From NCBI RefSeq assembly GCF_009914755.1, contig NC_060933.1: 64,000 nt of DNA. One strand, given 5' to 3'. The position numbers and the translations under genes were made by a program. Shown piece by piece: positions 29,150 through 44,300 of the stretch; position 1 is the stretch's first letter; each line of letters begins with the position of its first letter. The notes beneath the pieces were generated by a model. That model did no database searches, was not told where the DNA came from, and was given only the letters and a program-made list of their open reading frames with translations. This stretch comes from the human T2T-CHM13v2.0 reference genome, Homo sapiens.

Positions 29150-31700
29150 GAATGGTACGGAATAGAATGGAATGGAACGAATTGGAATGGAATGGAATCG
29201 AATGGAATGGAATGGAATCAACCCGAGTGCAGGGGAATGTAATGGAACGGAATGCAAGGGAATGGAATCATCCGCAATGGAATGGAATGGAATGGAATCA
29301 ACCCGAGTGCAAAGGAATGGAGTGGAATGGAATGGAATGGAATGTAAACAACCCGAATGGAATGGAATATAATGGAGTGTAAGGGAATTGAATGGAATCA
29401 ATCCGAATGTAATTGAATGCAATGGAAAGGAATGGAATTTAATGGAATGGAATGGAATGGAATGGAATGGAATGGTATGGAATGGAATGGAATGGTGCGG
29501 AATAGAATGGAAAGGAACGAATTGGAATGGAATGGAATGGAATGGAATGGAATGGAATGGAATCAACCCGAGTGCAGTGGAATGTAATGGAACGGAATGC
29601 AATGGAATGGAATCATCCGCAATAGAATAGAATAGAATGGAATGGAATGGAATGGAATGCAAAGGAATGGAATCAACCCGAGTGCAATGGAATGGAGTGG
29701 AATGGAATGGAATGGAATGTAAACAACCCGAATGGAATGGAATATAATGGAGTGTAAGGGAATTGAATGGAATCAATCCGAATGCAATGGAATGGAATGG
29801 AAAGGCATGGAATGGAATGGAATGGAATGGAATGGAATGGAATGGAATGGAATGGAATGGAATCAACCCGAGTGTAATGGAATGGAATCGAAAGGAATGG
29901 AAAGGAATGGAATGGATTCAACCCGACTGCAATGGAATGGAATAGAATGGAATGTAATGGAATGGAATGGAATGGAATTAACCCGAATAGAATGGAATGG
30001 AATGGAATGGAACGCAACGCAACGGAATGGAATGCAATAGAATGGAATGGAATGGAATGGAATGGAATGGAATGGTATGTTATGGAATGGAATGGAATGG
30101 TGCGGAATAGAATGGAATGGAACGAATTGGAATGGAATGGAATCGAATGGAATGGAATGGAATGGAATGGAATCAACCCGAGTGCAGTGGAATGTAATGG
30201 AACGGAATGCAATGGAATGGAATCATCCGCAATGGAATGGAATGGAATGGAATGGAATGGAATGGAATAGAATGGAATGGAATGGAATGGAATCAACTCG
30301 ATTGCAATAGAATGGAATGGAATGGAATTAACCCGAATAGAATGGAATGGAATGGAATGGAACGGAACGGAATGGAATGGAATGGAATGGAACGGAACGG
30401 AATGGAATGGAAAGGAATGGAATTGAATGGAATGGACTGGAATGGAATCAACGCGAGTGCGGTGGAATGGAATGGAATGGAATGCAATGGAATGGTATGT
30501 TCAGGAATGGAATGGAATGGAATGGAATGGAATGGAATGGAATGGAATGGAATGCAAAGGATTCACCTCGATTGCAATGGAATGGAATAGAATGGAATGG
30601 AATGGAATGGAATGGAATCAACCCGAATAGAATGGAATGGAATGGAATGGAACGGAACGGAATGGAACGGAACAGAATGGAATGGAATGCAATGGAATGG
30701 AATGGAATGGTATGGAATGGAATGGAATGGTACGGAATAGAATGGAATGGAATGAATTGGAATGGAAAGGAATCGAATGGAATGGAATGGAATCAACCCG
30801 AGTGCTGGGGAATGTAAAGCAACGGAATGCAATGGAGTGGAATCATCCGGAATGAAATGGAATGGAATGGAATGGAATCAACCCGAGTGCAATGGAATGG
30901 AGTGGAATGGAATGGAATGGAATGTAAACAACCCGAAGGGAATGGAATATAATGGAGTGTAAGGGAATTGAATGCAATCAATCCGAATGTAATGGAATGG
31001 AATGGAAAGGAATGGAATGGAATGGAATGGAATGGAATCAACCCGAGTGTAATGGAATGGAATCGAAAGGAATGGAAAGGAATGGAATGGATTCAACTCG
31101 ATTGCAATGGAATGGAATAGAATGGAATGGAATGGAATGGAATGGAATGGAATGGAATGGAATGGAATGGAATGGAATTAACCCGAATAGAATGGAATGG
31201 AATGGAATGGAATGCAACGGAACGGAATGGAATGGAATAGAATGGAATGGAATGGAATGGAATGGAATGGAATGGAATGGAATGGAATGGAATGGAATCG
31301 TATGGAATGGAATGGAATGCTACGGAAGAGAATGGAATGGAACGAATTGGAATGGAATGGAATCGAATGGAATGGAATGGAATGGAATGGAATCAACCCG
31401 AGTGCAGTGGAATTTAATGGAACGGAATGCAATGGAATGGAATCATCCGCAATGGAATGGAATGGAATGGAATGGAATGGAATGGAATCAACCCGAGTGC
31501 AATGGAATGGAGTGGAATGGAATGGAATGGAATGTAAACAACCCGAATGGAATGGAATATAATGGAGTGTAAGGGAATTGAATGGAATCAATCCGAATGC
31601 AATGGAATGGAATGGAATGGAATGGAATTGAATGGAATGGAATGGAACGGAATCAACCCGAGTGTAATGGAATGGAATCGAAAGGAATGGAAAGGAATGG
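29150..31700 (+). repeat. Local ~610-bp sub-repeat domain
   Basis: CCCGAGTGC(A/T)G(T/G)GGAAT(G/T)TAA recurs at 29571, 30181, 30801 and 31401. GAATTGGAATGG blocks recur at ~29518, 30124, 30754 and 31344. The local variant TGTAAACAACCCG occurs at ~29343, 29718, 30923 and 31533. Confidence 0.7.
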
Positions 31701-34700
31701 AATGGATTCAACACCAATGTAATGGAAAGGAATGGAATCAACCCGAGTGGAATGGCATGGAATGGAATGGAAAGGAATGGAATGGAATGGTACAGAACGG
31801 AATGGATTGGAACGAAATGGAAAGAATGGAATGGAATGGAATGGAATGGAATGGAATGGAATGGAATCAACTCGATTGCAATGGAATGGAATGGAATGGA
31901 ATGGAATAGAATGGAATGGAATTAACCCGAATAGATTGGAATGGAATGGAATGGAATCAACCCGAGTACAGGGGAATGGAATGGAATGGAATGCAATGGA
32001 ATGGAATCATCCGTAAAGGAATGGAAAGGAATGGAATGGAATGGAATGGATTGGAATAGAATGGAATGGAATGGAATGGAATCAACTCGATTGCAATAGA
32101 ATGGAATGGAATGGAATTAACCCGAATAGAATGGAATGGAATGGAATGGAACGGAACGGAATGGAATAGAATGGAATGGAAAGGAATGGAATGGAAGGGA
32201 ACGGAACGGAATGGAATGGACTGGAATGGAATCAACGCGAGTGCAGGGGAATGGAATGGAATGGAATGCAATGGAATGGAATCTTCCGGAATGGAATGGA
32301 ATGGAATGGATTCAACTCGATTGCAATGGAATGGAATGGAATGGAATAGAATGGAATGGAGTGGAATTAACCCGAATAGAATGGAATGGAATGGAATGGA
32401 ATGGAAAGGAAGGTAATGGAATGGAATGGAATGGAATCAACCCGAGTGCAGGGGAATGGAATGGAATGGAATGCAATGGAATGGAATCGTCCGGAATGGA
32501 ATGCAATGGAATGGAATGGAATGCAATGGAATGGAATCATCCGGAATGGAATGGAATGGAATGGAATGGAATGGAATGGAATGGAATCAACTCGATTCCA
32601 ATGGAATGGAATGGAATAGAACGGAATGGAATTAACACGAATAGAATGGAATGGAATGGAATGGAACGGAATGGAATGGAATGGAATGGATTCAACTCGA
32701 TTGCAATGGAATGAAATAGAATGGAATTGAATGGAATGGAATGGAATTAACCCGAATAGAATGGAATGGAATGGAATGGAACGGAATGTAATGGAATAGA
32801 ATGGAATGGAATCAACCTGAGTGCAGGGGAATGGTATGGAATGGAATGCAATGGAATGGAATCATCAGGAATGGAATGGAATGGAATGGAATGGAATGGA
32901 ATGGAATCAACTCGATTTCAATGGAATGGAATGCAATAGAATGGAATGGAATTAACACGAATAGAATGGATAGGAATGGAATGGAATGGAAAGGAAAGGA
33001 ATGGAATGGAATGCAATGGAATCAACCCAATTGCAGGGGAATGGAATGGAATGGAATTCAGTGGAATGGAATGATCCGGAATGGAGTGGAATGTAATGGA
33101 ATGGAATGGAATGGAATGGAATGGAATGGAATGAACCCGAGTGCAATGGAATGGAGAGGAATGGAATGGAATGGAATGGAAACTACCCGAATGGAATGGA
33201 ATGTAATGGAGTGTAAGGGAATTGAATAGAATCAATCCGAATGTAATGGAATGGAATGGAACGGAATGGAATGAAATGGAATGGAATGGAATGGAATGGA
33301 ATGCAATGGAATGGAATCAACCCGAGTGCAATCGAATGGAATCGAATGGAATGGAATGCAATGGAATGGATTCAACTTGAATGGAATGGAAAGAATGGAA
33401 TCAACACGAGTGGAATGGCATGGATTGGAATGGAATGGAATGGAATCAACCCGAGTACAGGGGAATGGAGTGGGATGGAATGCAATGGAAAGGAATAATC
33501 CGTAATGGAATGGAAAGGAATGGAATGGAATGGAATGGAATGGAATGGAATCAACTCGATTGCAATGGAATGGAGTGGAATGGAATGGAATGGAATTAAC
33601 AGGAATAGAATGGAATGGAATGGAATGGAAAGGAATGGAAGGGAATTGAATGGAATGTAATCAACCCGAGTACAGGGGAATGGAATGGAATGGAATGCAA
33701 TGGAATGGAATCATCCGTAATGTAATGGAAAGGAATGGAATGGAATGGAATGGAATGGAATGGAATGGAATGGAATGGAATGGAATGGAATTAACCCGAA
33801 TAGAATGGAATGGAATGGAATGGAACGCAACGGAACGGAATGGAATGGAATAGAATGGAATGGAATGGAATGGAATGGAATGGAATGGAATGGAATGGAA
33901 TGGAATGGAATCGTATGGAATGGAATCAACCCGAGTGCAATGGAATGGAGTGGAATGGAATGGAATGGAATGTAAACAACCCGAATGGAATGGAATATAA
34001 TGGAGTGTAAGGGAATTGAATGGAATCAATCCGAATGCAATGGAATGGAATGGAATGGAATGGAATTGAATGGAATGGAATGGAACGGAATCAACCCGAG
34101 TGTAATGGAATGGAATCGAAAGGAATGGAAAGGAATGGAATGGATTCAACACCAATGTAATGGAAAGGAATGGAATCAACCCGAGTGGAATGGCATGGAA
34201 TGGAATGGAAAGGAATGGAATGGAATGGTACAGAACGGAATGGATTGGAACGAAATGGAAAGAATGGAATGGAATGGAATGGAATGGAATGGAATGGAAT
34301 GGAATCAACTCGATTGCAATGGAATGGAATGGAATGGAATGGAATAGAATGGAATGGAATTAACCCGAATAGATTGGAATGGAATGGAATGGAATCAACC
34401 CGAGTACAGGGGAATGGAATGGAATGGAATGCAATGGAATGGAATCATCCGTAAAGGAATGGAAAGGAATGGAATGGAATGGAATGGATTGGAATAGAAT
34501 GGAATGGAATGGAATGGAATCAACTCGATTGCAATAGAATGGAATGGAATGGAATTAACCCGAATAGAATGGAATGGAATGGAATGGAACGGAACGGAAT
34601 GGAATAGAATGGAATGGAAAGGAATGGAATGGAAGGGAACGGAACGGAATGGAATGGACTGGAATGGAATCAACGCGAGTGCAGGGGAATGGAATGGAAT

Positions 34701-36210
34701 GGAATGCAATGGAATGGAATCTTCCGGAATGGAATGGAATGGAATGGATTCAACTCGATTGCAATGGAATGGAATGGAATGGAATAGAATGGAATGGAGT
34801 GGAATTAACCCGAATAGAATGGAATGGAATGGAATGGAATGGAAAGGAAGGTAATGGAATGGAATGGAATGGAATCAACCCGAGTGCAGGGGAATGGAAT
34901 GGAATGGAATGCAATGGAATGGAATCGTCCGGAATGGAATGCAATGGAATGGAATGGAATGCAATGGAATGGAATCATCCGGAATGGAATGGAATGGAAT
35001 GGAATGGAATGGAATGGAATGGAATCAACTCGATTCCAATGGAATGGAATGGAATAGAACGGAATGGAATTAACACGAATAGAATGGAATGGAATGGAAT
35101 GGAACGGAATGGAATGGAATGGAATGGATTCAACTCGATTGCAATGGAATGAAATAGAATGGAATTGAATGGAATGGAATGGAATTAACCCGAATAGAAT
35201 GGAATGGAATGGAATGGAACGGAATGTAATGGAATAGAATGGAATGGAATCAACCTGAGTGCAGGGGAATGGTATGGAATGGAATGCAATGGAATGGAAT
35301 CATCAGGAATGGAATGGAATGGAATGGAATGGAATGGAATCAACTCGATTTCAATGGAATGGAATGCAATAGAATGGAATGGAATTAACACGAATAGAAT
35401 GGATAGGAATGGAATGGAATGGAAAGGAAAGGAATGGAATGGAATGCAATGGAATCAACCCAATTGCAGGGGAATGGAATGGAATGGAATTCAGTGGAAT
35501 GGAATGATCCGGAATGGAGTGGAATGTAATGGAATGGAATGGAATGGAATGGAATGGAATGGAATGAACCCGAGTGCAATGGAATGGAGAGGAATGGAAT
35601 GGAATGGAATGGAAACTACCCGAATGGAATGGAATGTAATGGAGTGTAAGGGAATTGAATAGAATCAATCCGAATGTAATGGAATGGAATGGAACGGAAT
35701 GGAATGAAATGGAATGGAATGGAATGGAATGGAATGCAATGGAATGGAATCAACCCGAGTGCAATCGAATGGAATCGAATGGAATGGAATGCAATGGAAT
35801 GGATTCAACTTGAATGGAATGGAAAGAATGGAATCAACACGAGTGGAATGGCATGGATTGGAATGGAATGGAATGGAATCAACCCGAGTACAGGGGAATG
35901 GAGTGGGATGGAATGCAATGGAAAGGAATAATCCGTAACGGAATGGAAAGGAATGGAATGGAATGGAATGGAATGGAATGGAATCAACTCGATTGCAATG
36001 GAATGGAGTGGAATGGAATGGAATGGAATTAACAGGAATAGAATGGAATGGAATGGAATGGAAAGGAATGGAAGGGAATTGAATGGAATGTAATCAACCC
36101 GAGTACAGGGGAATGGAATGGAATGGAATGCAATGGAATGGAATCATCCGTAATGTAATGGAAAGGAATGGAATGGAATGGAATGGAATGGAATGGAATG
36201 GAATGGAATG
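31178..36210 (+). repeat. Near-identical tandem duplication, unit ~2.6 kb (31178-33790, 33791-36210); second copy lacks ~175 bp
   Basis: A long series of identical ORF twins is offset by 2438 and then 2433 (31547/33985, 32136/34574, 32918/35351, 33381/35814). The TCGTATGG marker at 31298/33911 is offset by 2613. Shared private motifs: GGATAGG, CCCAATTGC, GAATTCAGTGG, TTAACAGG. Confidence 0.93.
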
Positions 36211-37189
36211 GAATCAACCCGAGTGCAATGGAATGGATTCGAATGGAATGGAATGGAATGGAATGGATTCAAGAAGAATGGAATGGAAAGGAATGGAATC
36301 AACCCGAGTGTAATGGCATGGAATGGAATGGAATGGAATGGGATGGAATGGAATGGTACGGAATAGAATGGAATGGAATGAAATGGAATGGAATGGAATG
36401 GAATGAAATGGAATGGAATGGAATGGAATGAACCCGTGTGCTATGGAATGGAATGGAATGGAATGGAATGGATTCAACTCGAATGGAATCAACTCGATTG
36501 CAATGGAATGGAATGGAATGGAATGGATTCAACTCGAATGGAATCAACTCGATTGCAATGGAATGGAATGGAATGGAAAGGAATAGAATGGAATCAACAC
36601 GTGTTGAATGAAATGGAAAGGACTGGAATGGAGTGGAATGGAATGGAATGGAATTAACCCGAATAGAATGGAATGGAATGGAATGGAACGGAATTTAATT
36701 GAATGGAATGGAATGGAATCAACCCGAGTGCTGGGGAATGGAATGGAATGGAATGCAATGGAATGGAATCATCCGAAATGGAATGGAATGGAATGGAATG
36801 GAATGGAATGGACTTGAATGGAATGGAATGGAATCAACTCGATTTCAATGGAATGGAATGGAATAGAAAGGAATGGAATTAACACGAATACAAAGGAATG
36901 GAATGGAACGGAATGGAACAGAAAGGAATGGAATGGAATGGAATGGAATCAACCCAAGTGCAGGGGAATGGAATGGAATGGAATTCAATGGAATGGAATC
37001 ATCCGGAATGGAATGGAATGGAATGGAATGGAATGGAATCAACCCGAGTGCAATGGAATGGAGAGGAATGGAATGGAATCCAATGGAAACTACCCGAATC
37101 GAATGGAGTGTAATGGAGTGTAAGGGAATTGAATAGAATCAATCCGAATGTAATGGAATGGAATGGAAGGGAATGGAATGGAATGGAAT

Positions 37190-40175
37190 GGAATGGAATG
37201 ATACGGAATAGAATGGAATGGAACGAAATGGAATGGAATGGAATGGAATGGAATGGAATGGAATCGTTCCGAGTGGAATAGGAGGGAATGTATTCGAGTG
37301 GAATGGAAAGGAATGGAATCAACCAGAGTGGAATGGAAGGGAATGTAATGGAATGGAAACTAATAGAATGGAATCAACCCGAGTGGAATGGAATGGAAAG
37401 GACTGGAATGGAAAGGAATGGAATGGAATGGAATGGAATGGAATGGAATGGAATCAACGCGAGTGCAGGGGAATGGAATGGAATCGAATGGAATGGAATG
37501 GAATGGAATGGAATCAACACGAGTGCAGGGGAATGTAATGGAACGGAATGCAATGGAATGGAATCATCCGGAAAGGAATGGAATGGAATGGAATGGAATC
37601 AACCCGAGTGCAATTGAAAGGAGTGGAATGGAATGGAATGGAATGGAACAATCCGAATGGAATGGAATGTAATGGAGAGTAAGGGAGTTGAAAAGAATCA
37701 ATCCGAATGTAATGTAATGGAATGGAACAGAATGGAATTGAATGGAATGGAATGGAACGCAATGGAATGGAATCAACCCGAGTACAATGGAATGGAATGG
37801 ATTGGAATGGAACGGAATGGAATGGAATGGAATGGAATGGAATGGACTGGAATGGAATGGAATGCAGTGGAATGGAATCAACCCGAGTACAATGGAATGG
37901 AATAGAATGGAATGGAATGGAATGGAATGGAATGATACGGAATAGAATGGAATGGAACGAAATGGAATGGAATGGAATGGAATGGAATGGAATGGAATGG
38001 AATGGAATGGAATGGAATCGTTCCGAGTGGAATAGGAGGGAATGTGTTCGAGTGGAATGGAAAGGAATGGAATCAACCAGAGTGGAATGGAAGGGAATGG
38101 AATGGAATGGAAACTAATAGAATGGAATCAACCCGAGTGGAATGGAATGGAAAGGACTGGAATGGAATGGAATGGAATGGAATCAACACGATTGTAATGC
38201 AATGGAATGGAATGGAATGGAATGGAATGGAATGGAATGGAATCAACCCGAGTGCAATGGAATGGAGTGGAATGGAATGGAATGGAATGGAACAACCCGA
38301 ATGGAACGGAATGTAATGGAGAGTAAGGGAGTTGAATAGATTCAATCCGAATGTAATGGAATGGAAAGGAAGGGAATGGAATTGAATGGAATGGAATGGA
38401 ATGCAATGGAATGGAATCAACCCGAGTGCAATGGAATGGAGAGGAATGGAATGGAATGGAGTGGAAACTACCCGAATGGAATGGAATGTAATGGAGTGTA
38501 AGGGAATTGAATAGAATCAATCCGAATGTAATGGAATGGAATGGAACGGAATGGAATGGAATGGAATGGAATGGAATGGAATGGAATGGAATGCAATGGA
38601 ATGGAATCAACCCGAGTGCAATCGAATGGAATCGAATGGAATGGAATGCAATGGAATGGATTCAACTTGAATGGAATGGAAAGAATGGAATCAACACGAG
38701 TGGAATGGCATGGCTTGGAATGGAATGGAATGGAATCAACCCGAGGACAGGGGAATGGAATGGAATGGAATGCAACGGAATGGAATCATCCGTAATGGAA
38801 TGGAAAGGAATGGAATGGAATGGAATGGAATGGAATGGAATGGAATCAACTCGATTGCAATCGAATGGAATGGAATGGAATTAACCCGAATAGAATGGAA
38901 TGGAATGGAATGGAACGGAACGGAATGGAATGGAATGGAATGGAATGGAATGGAATGGAACGGAACGGAATGGAATGGAATGGAATGGAATGGAATAGAA
39001 TGGAATGGAATCAACGCGAGTGCAGGGGAATGGAATGGAATGGAATGCAATGGAATGGAATCTTCCGGAATGGAATGGAATGGAATGGAATGGAATGAAA
39101 TGCAATGGATTCAACTCGATTGCAATGGAATGGAATAGAATGGAATGGAATGGAATGGAATGGAATGAATTCGAATACAATGGAATGGAATGGAATGGAA
39201 CGGAATGGAACGGAATGGAATGGAATGGAATGGAATGGTATGGAATGGAATGGAATGGTACGGAATAGAATGGAATGGAACGAATTGTAATGGAATGGAA
39301 TTGAATGGAATGGAATGGAATCAACGCGAGTGCAGGGGAATGTAATGGAACGGAATGCAATGGAATGGAATCATCCGCAATGGAATGGAATGGAATGGAA
39401 TGGAATGGAATGGAATCAACCCGAGTGCAATGGAATGGAGTGGAATGGAATGGAATGGAATGGAACAACCCGAATGGAATGGAATGTAATGGAGAGTAAG
39501 GGAGTTGAATAGAATCAATCCGAATGTAATGGAATGGAATGCAACGGAATGGAATGGAATGGAATGGAATTGAATGCAATGGAATTGAATCAACCCGAGT
39601 ACAATGGAATGGAATGGAATGGAATGGAATGGAATGGAATGGAATGGAATGGAATGATACGGAATAGAATGGAATGGAACGAAATGGAATGGAATGGAAT
39701 GGAATGGAATGGAATGGAATGGAATGGAATGGAATCTTTCCGAGTGGAATAGGAGTGAATGTATTCGAGTGGAATGGAAAGGAATGGAATCAACCAGAGT
39801 GGAATGGAAGGGAATGGAATAGAATGGAAGCTAATAGAATGGAATCAACCCGAGAGGAATGGAATGGAAAGGACTGGAATGGAATGGAATGGAATGGAAT
39901 CAACTCGATTTTAATGGAATGGAATGGAATGGAATGGAATGGAATGGAATGGAATTAACCCGAATACAATGCAATGGAATGGAATGGAACGGAATGGAGT
40001 GGAATGGAATGGAATCAACCCGAGTGCAGGGGAATGGAATGGAATGGAATGCAATGGAATGGAATCATCCGGAATGGAATGGAATGGAATGGAATGCAAC
40101 GCAATGGAATCAACTCGATTGCAATGGAATGGAATGGAATGGAAACGAATACATTGGAATCAACCCGAGTGGAAT
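37190..40175 (+). repeat. Dispersed copy of ~16090-18800 (offset ~21.1-21.4 kb)
   Basis: ORF twins 16437/37514, 16556/37633 and 16996/38073 are offset by 21077. Shared ATCTTTCCGAG, GAAGCTAATAG, GATTTTAATGG and GGAAACGAATACATTGG. Confidence 0.88.
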
Positions 40176-40846
40176 GGAATGGAAAGGACTGGAATGGAGT
40201 GGAATGGAATGGAATGAAATGGAATGGAATGGAATCAACCCGAGTGCAATGGAATGCAGAGGAATGGAATGGAATGGAGTGGAAACTACCCGAATGGAAT
40301 GGAATGTAATGGAGTGTAAGGGAATTGAATAGAATCAATCCGAATGTAATGGAATGGAATGGAACGGAATGGAATGGAATGTAATGGAATGGAATGGAAT
40401 GGAATGCAATGGAATGGAATCAACCCGAGTGCAATCGAATGGAATCGAATGGAATGGAATGCAATGGAATGGATTCAACTTGAATGGAATGGAAAGAATG
40501 GAATCAACACGAGTGGAATGGCATGGCTTGGAATGGAATGGAATGGAATCAACCCGAGTACAGGGGAATGGAATGGAATGGAATGCAACGGAATGGAATC
40601 ATCCGTAATGGAATGGAAAGGAATGGAATGGAATGGAATGGAATGGAATGGAATGGAATGGAATTAACCCGAATACAATGCAATGGAATGGAATGGAACG
40701 GAATGGAGTGGAATGGAATGGAATCAACCCGAGTGCAGGGGAATGGAATGGAATGGAATGCAATGGAATGGAATCATCCGTAATGGAATGGAAAGGAATG
40801 GAATGGAATGGAATGGAATGGAATGGAATGGAATGGAATGGAATCA

Positions 40847-40864
40847 ATTCGATTGCAATCGAAT
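40847..40864. other. 18-bp perfect palindrome ATTCGATTGCAATCGAAT (extended version of the recurrent 14-bp TCGATTGCAATCGA)
   Basis: The sequence equals its own reverse complement. The 14-bp core recurs about 28 times in the window. Confidence 0.9.
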
Positions 40865-41399
40865 GGAACGGAATGGAATTAACCCGAATAGAATGGAATG
40901 GAATGGAATGGAACGGAACGGAATGGAATGGAATGGAATGGAATGGAATGGAATGGAACGGAACGGAACGGAATGGAATGGAATGGAATGGAATGGAATG
41001 GAATGGAATGGAATCAACTCGATTGCAATCGAATAGAATGGAATGGACTTAACCCGAATAGAATGGAATGGAATGGAATGGAACGGAACGGAACGGAATG
41101 GAATGGAATGGAATGGAACGGAACGGAACGGAATGGAATGGAATGGAATGGAATGGAATGGAATGGAATCAACCCGAGTGCAATGGAATGGAGTGAAATG
41201 GAATGGAATGGAATGGAAACAACCAGAATGGATTGGAATATAATGGAGTGTAAGGGAATTGAATAGAATCAATCTGAATGTAATGAAATGGAATGGAACG
41301 GAATGAAATGGAATGGAATGGAATGGAATGGAATGGAATGCAATCGAATGGAATCAACCCGAGTGCAATCGAATGGAATCGAATGGAATGGAATGCAAT

Positions 41400-44300
41400 G
41401 GAATGGATTCAACTTGAATGGAATGGAAAGAATGGAATGAACACGAGTGGAATGGCATGGATTGGAATGGAATGGAATGGAATCAACCCGAGTACAGGGG
41501 AATGGAATGGAATGGAATGCAATGGAATGGAATCATCCGTAATGGAATGGAAAGGAATGGAATGGAATGGAATGGAACGGAATGGAATGGAATCAACTCG
41601 ATTGCAATCGAATGGAATGGAATGGAATTAACCCGAATAGAATGGAATGGAATGGAATGGAACGGAACAGAACGGAATGGAAAGGATTGGAATGGAATGC
41701 AATGGAATGGAATGGAACGGAAAGGAATGGAATGGAATGGAATGGAATGGAATGGAATGGAATCAACGCGAGTGCAGGGGAATGGAATGGAATGGAATGG
41801 AATGCAATGGAATGGAATCTTCCGGAATGGAATGGAATGGAATGGAATGGAATGGAATGGAATGGAATGGAATAAACCCCAGTGCAATGGAATGGAGTGG
41901 AATGGAGTGGAATGGAATGGAACAACCCGAATGGAATGGAATGTAATGGAGAGTAAGGGAGTTGAATAGAATCAATCCGAATGTAATGGAATGGAATGGA
42001 ACGGAATGGAATTGAATGGAATGGAATGGAATGCAATGGAATGGAATCAACCCGAGTGCAATGGAATGGAGAGGAATGGAATGGAATGGAATGGAAACTA
42101 CCCGAATGTAATGGAATGTAATGGAGTGTAAGGGAATTGAATAGAATCAATCCGAATGTAATGGAATGGAATGGAACGGAATGGAATGGAATGGAATAGA
42201 ATGGAATGCAATGGAATGGAATCAACCCGTCTGCAATCGAATGGAATCGAATGGAATGGAATGCAATGGAATGGATTCAACTTGAATGGAATGGAAAGAA
42301 TGGAATCAACACGAGTGGAATGGCATGGATTGGAATGGAATGGAATGGAATCAACCCGAGTACAGGGGAATGGAATGGAATGGAATGCAATGGAATGGAA
42401 TCATCCGTAATGGAATGGAAAGGAATGGAATGGAATGGAATGGAATGGAATGCAATGGAATGGAATGGAATCAAATCAACTCGATTGCAATAGAATGGAA
42501 TGGAATGGAATTAACCCGAATAGAATGGAATGGAATGGAATGGAACGGAACTTAATGGAATGGAATGGAATGGAATGGAATGGAACGGTACGGAACGGAA
42601 TGGAATGGAATGGAATGGAATGGAATGGAATCAACGCGAGTGCAGGGGAATGGAATGGAATGGAAGGCAATGGAATGGAATCTTCCGGAATGGAATGGAA
42701 TGGAATGGAATGAAATGCAATGGATTCAACTCGATTGCAATGGATTGGAATAGAATGGAATGGAATGGAATGGAATGGAATGGAATGGAATGGAATTAAC
42801 CCGAATGGAATGGAATGGAATTGAATGGAACGGAATGGAACGGAATGGAATGGAATGGAATGGAATGGAATGGAATGGTATGGAATGGAATGGAATGGTA
42901 CGGAATAGAATGGAATGGAATGAATTGTAATGGAATGGAATTGAATGGAATGGAATGGAATGGAATGGAATCAACGCGAGTGCAGGGGAATGTAATGGAA
43001 CGGAATGCAATGGAATGGAATCATCCGGGATGGAATGGAATGGAATGGAATGGAATGGAATGGAATCAACCCGAGTGCAAAGGAATGGAGTGGAATGGAA
43101 TGGAATGGAATGGACCAACCCGAATGGAATGGAATGTAATGGAGAGTAATGGAGTTGAATAGAATCAATCCGAATGTAATGGAGTGGAATGCAACCGAAT
43201 GGAATGGAATGGAATGGAATGGAATGCAATGCAATGGAATGGAATCAACCCGAGTACAATGGAATGGAATGGAATGGAATGGAATGGAATGGAATGGAAT
43301 GGAATGATACGGAATAGAATGGAATGGAACGAAATGGAATGGAATGGAATGGAATGGAATGGAATGGAATGGAATGGAATGGAATCGTTCCGAGTGGAAT
43401 AGGAGGGAATGTATTCGTGTGGAATGGAAAGGAATGGAATCAACCAGAGTGGAATGGAAGGGAATGGAATGGAATGGAAACTAATAGAATGGAATCAACC
43501 CGAGTGGAATGGAATGGAAAGGACTGGAATGGAATGGAATGGAATGGAATGGAATGGAATCAACTCGATTGTAATGGAATGGAATGGAATGGAATGGAAT
43601 GGAATGGAATTAACCCGAATACAATGGAATGGAATGGAATGGAACGGAATGGAGTGGAATGGAATGGAATCAACCCGAGTGCAGTAGAATGGAATGGAAT
43701 GGAACGAAATGGAATGGAATGCAATGGAATGGAATGGAATGGTATGGAATGGAATGGAATGGTACGGAATAGAATGGAATGGAACGAATTGGAATGGAAT
43801 GGAATCGAATGGAATGGAATGGAATCAACCCGAGTGCAGGGGAATGTAATGGAACGGAATGCAAGGGAATGGAATCATCCGGAATGGAATGGAAAGGAAT
43901 GGAATCAACCCGAGTGCAAAGGAATGGAGTGGAATGGAATGGAATGGAATGTAAACAACCCGAATGGAATGGAATATAATGGAGTGTAAGGGAATTGAAT
44001 GGAATCAATCCGAATGTAATTGAATGCAATGGAAACGAATGGAATTTAATGGAATGGAATGGAATTGAATGGAATGGAATGGTATGGAATGGAATGGAAT
44101 GGTGCGGAATAGAATGGAATGGAACGAATTGGAATGGAATGGAATGGAATGGAATGGAATGGAATGGAATGGAATCAACCCGAGTGCAGTGGAATTTAAT
44201 GGAACGGAATGCAATGGAATGGAATCATACGCAATCGAATGGAATAGAATGGAATGGAATGGAATGGAATCAACCCGAGTGCAATGGAATGGAGTGGAAT

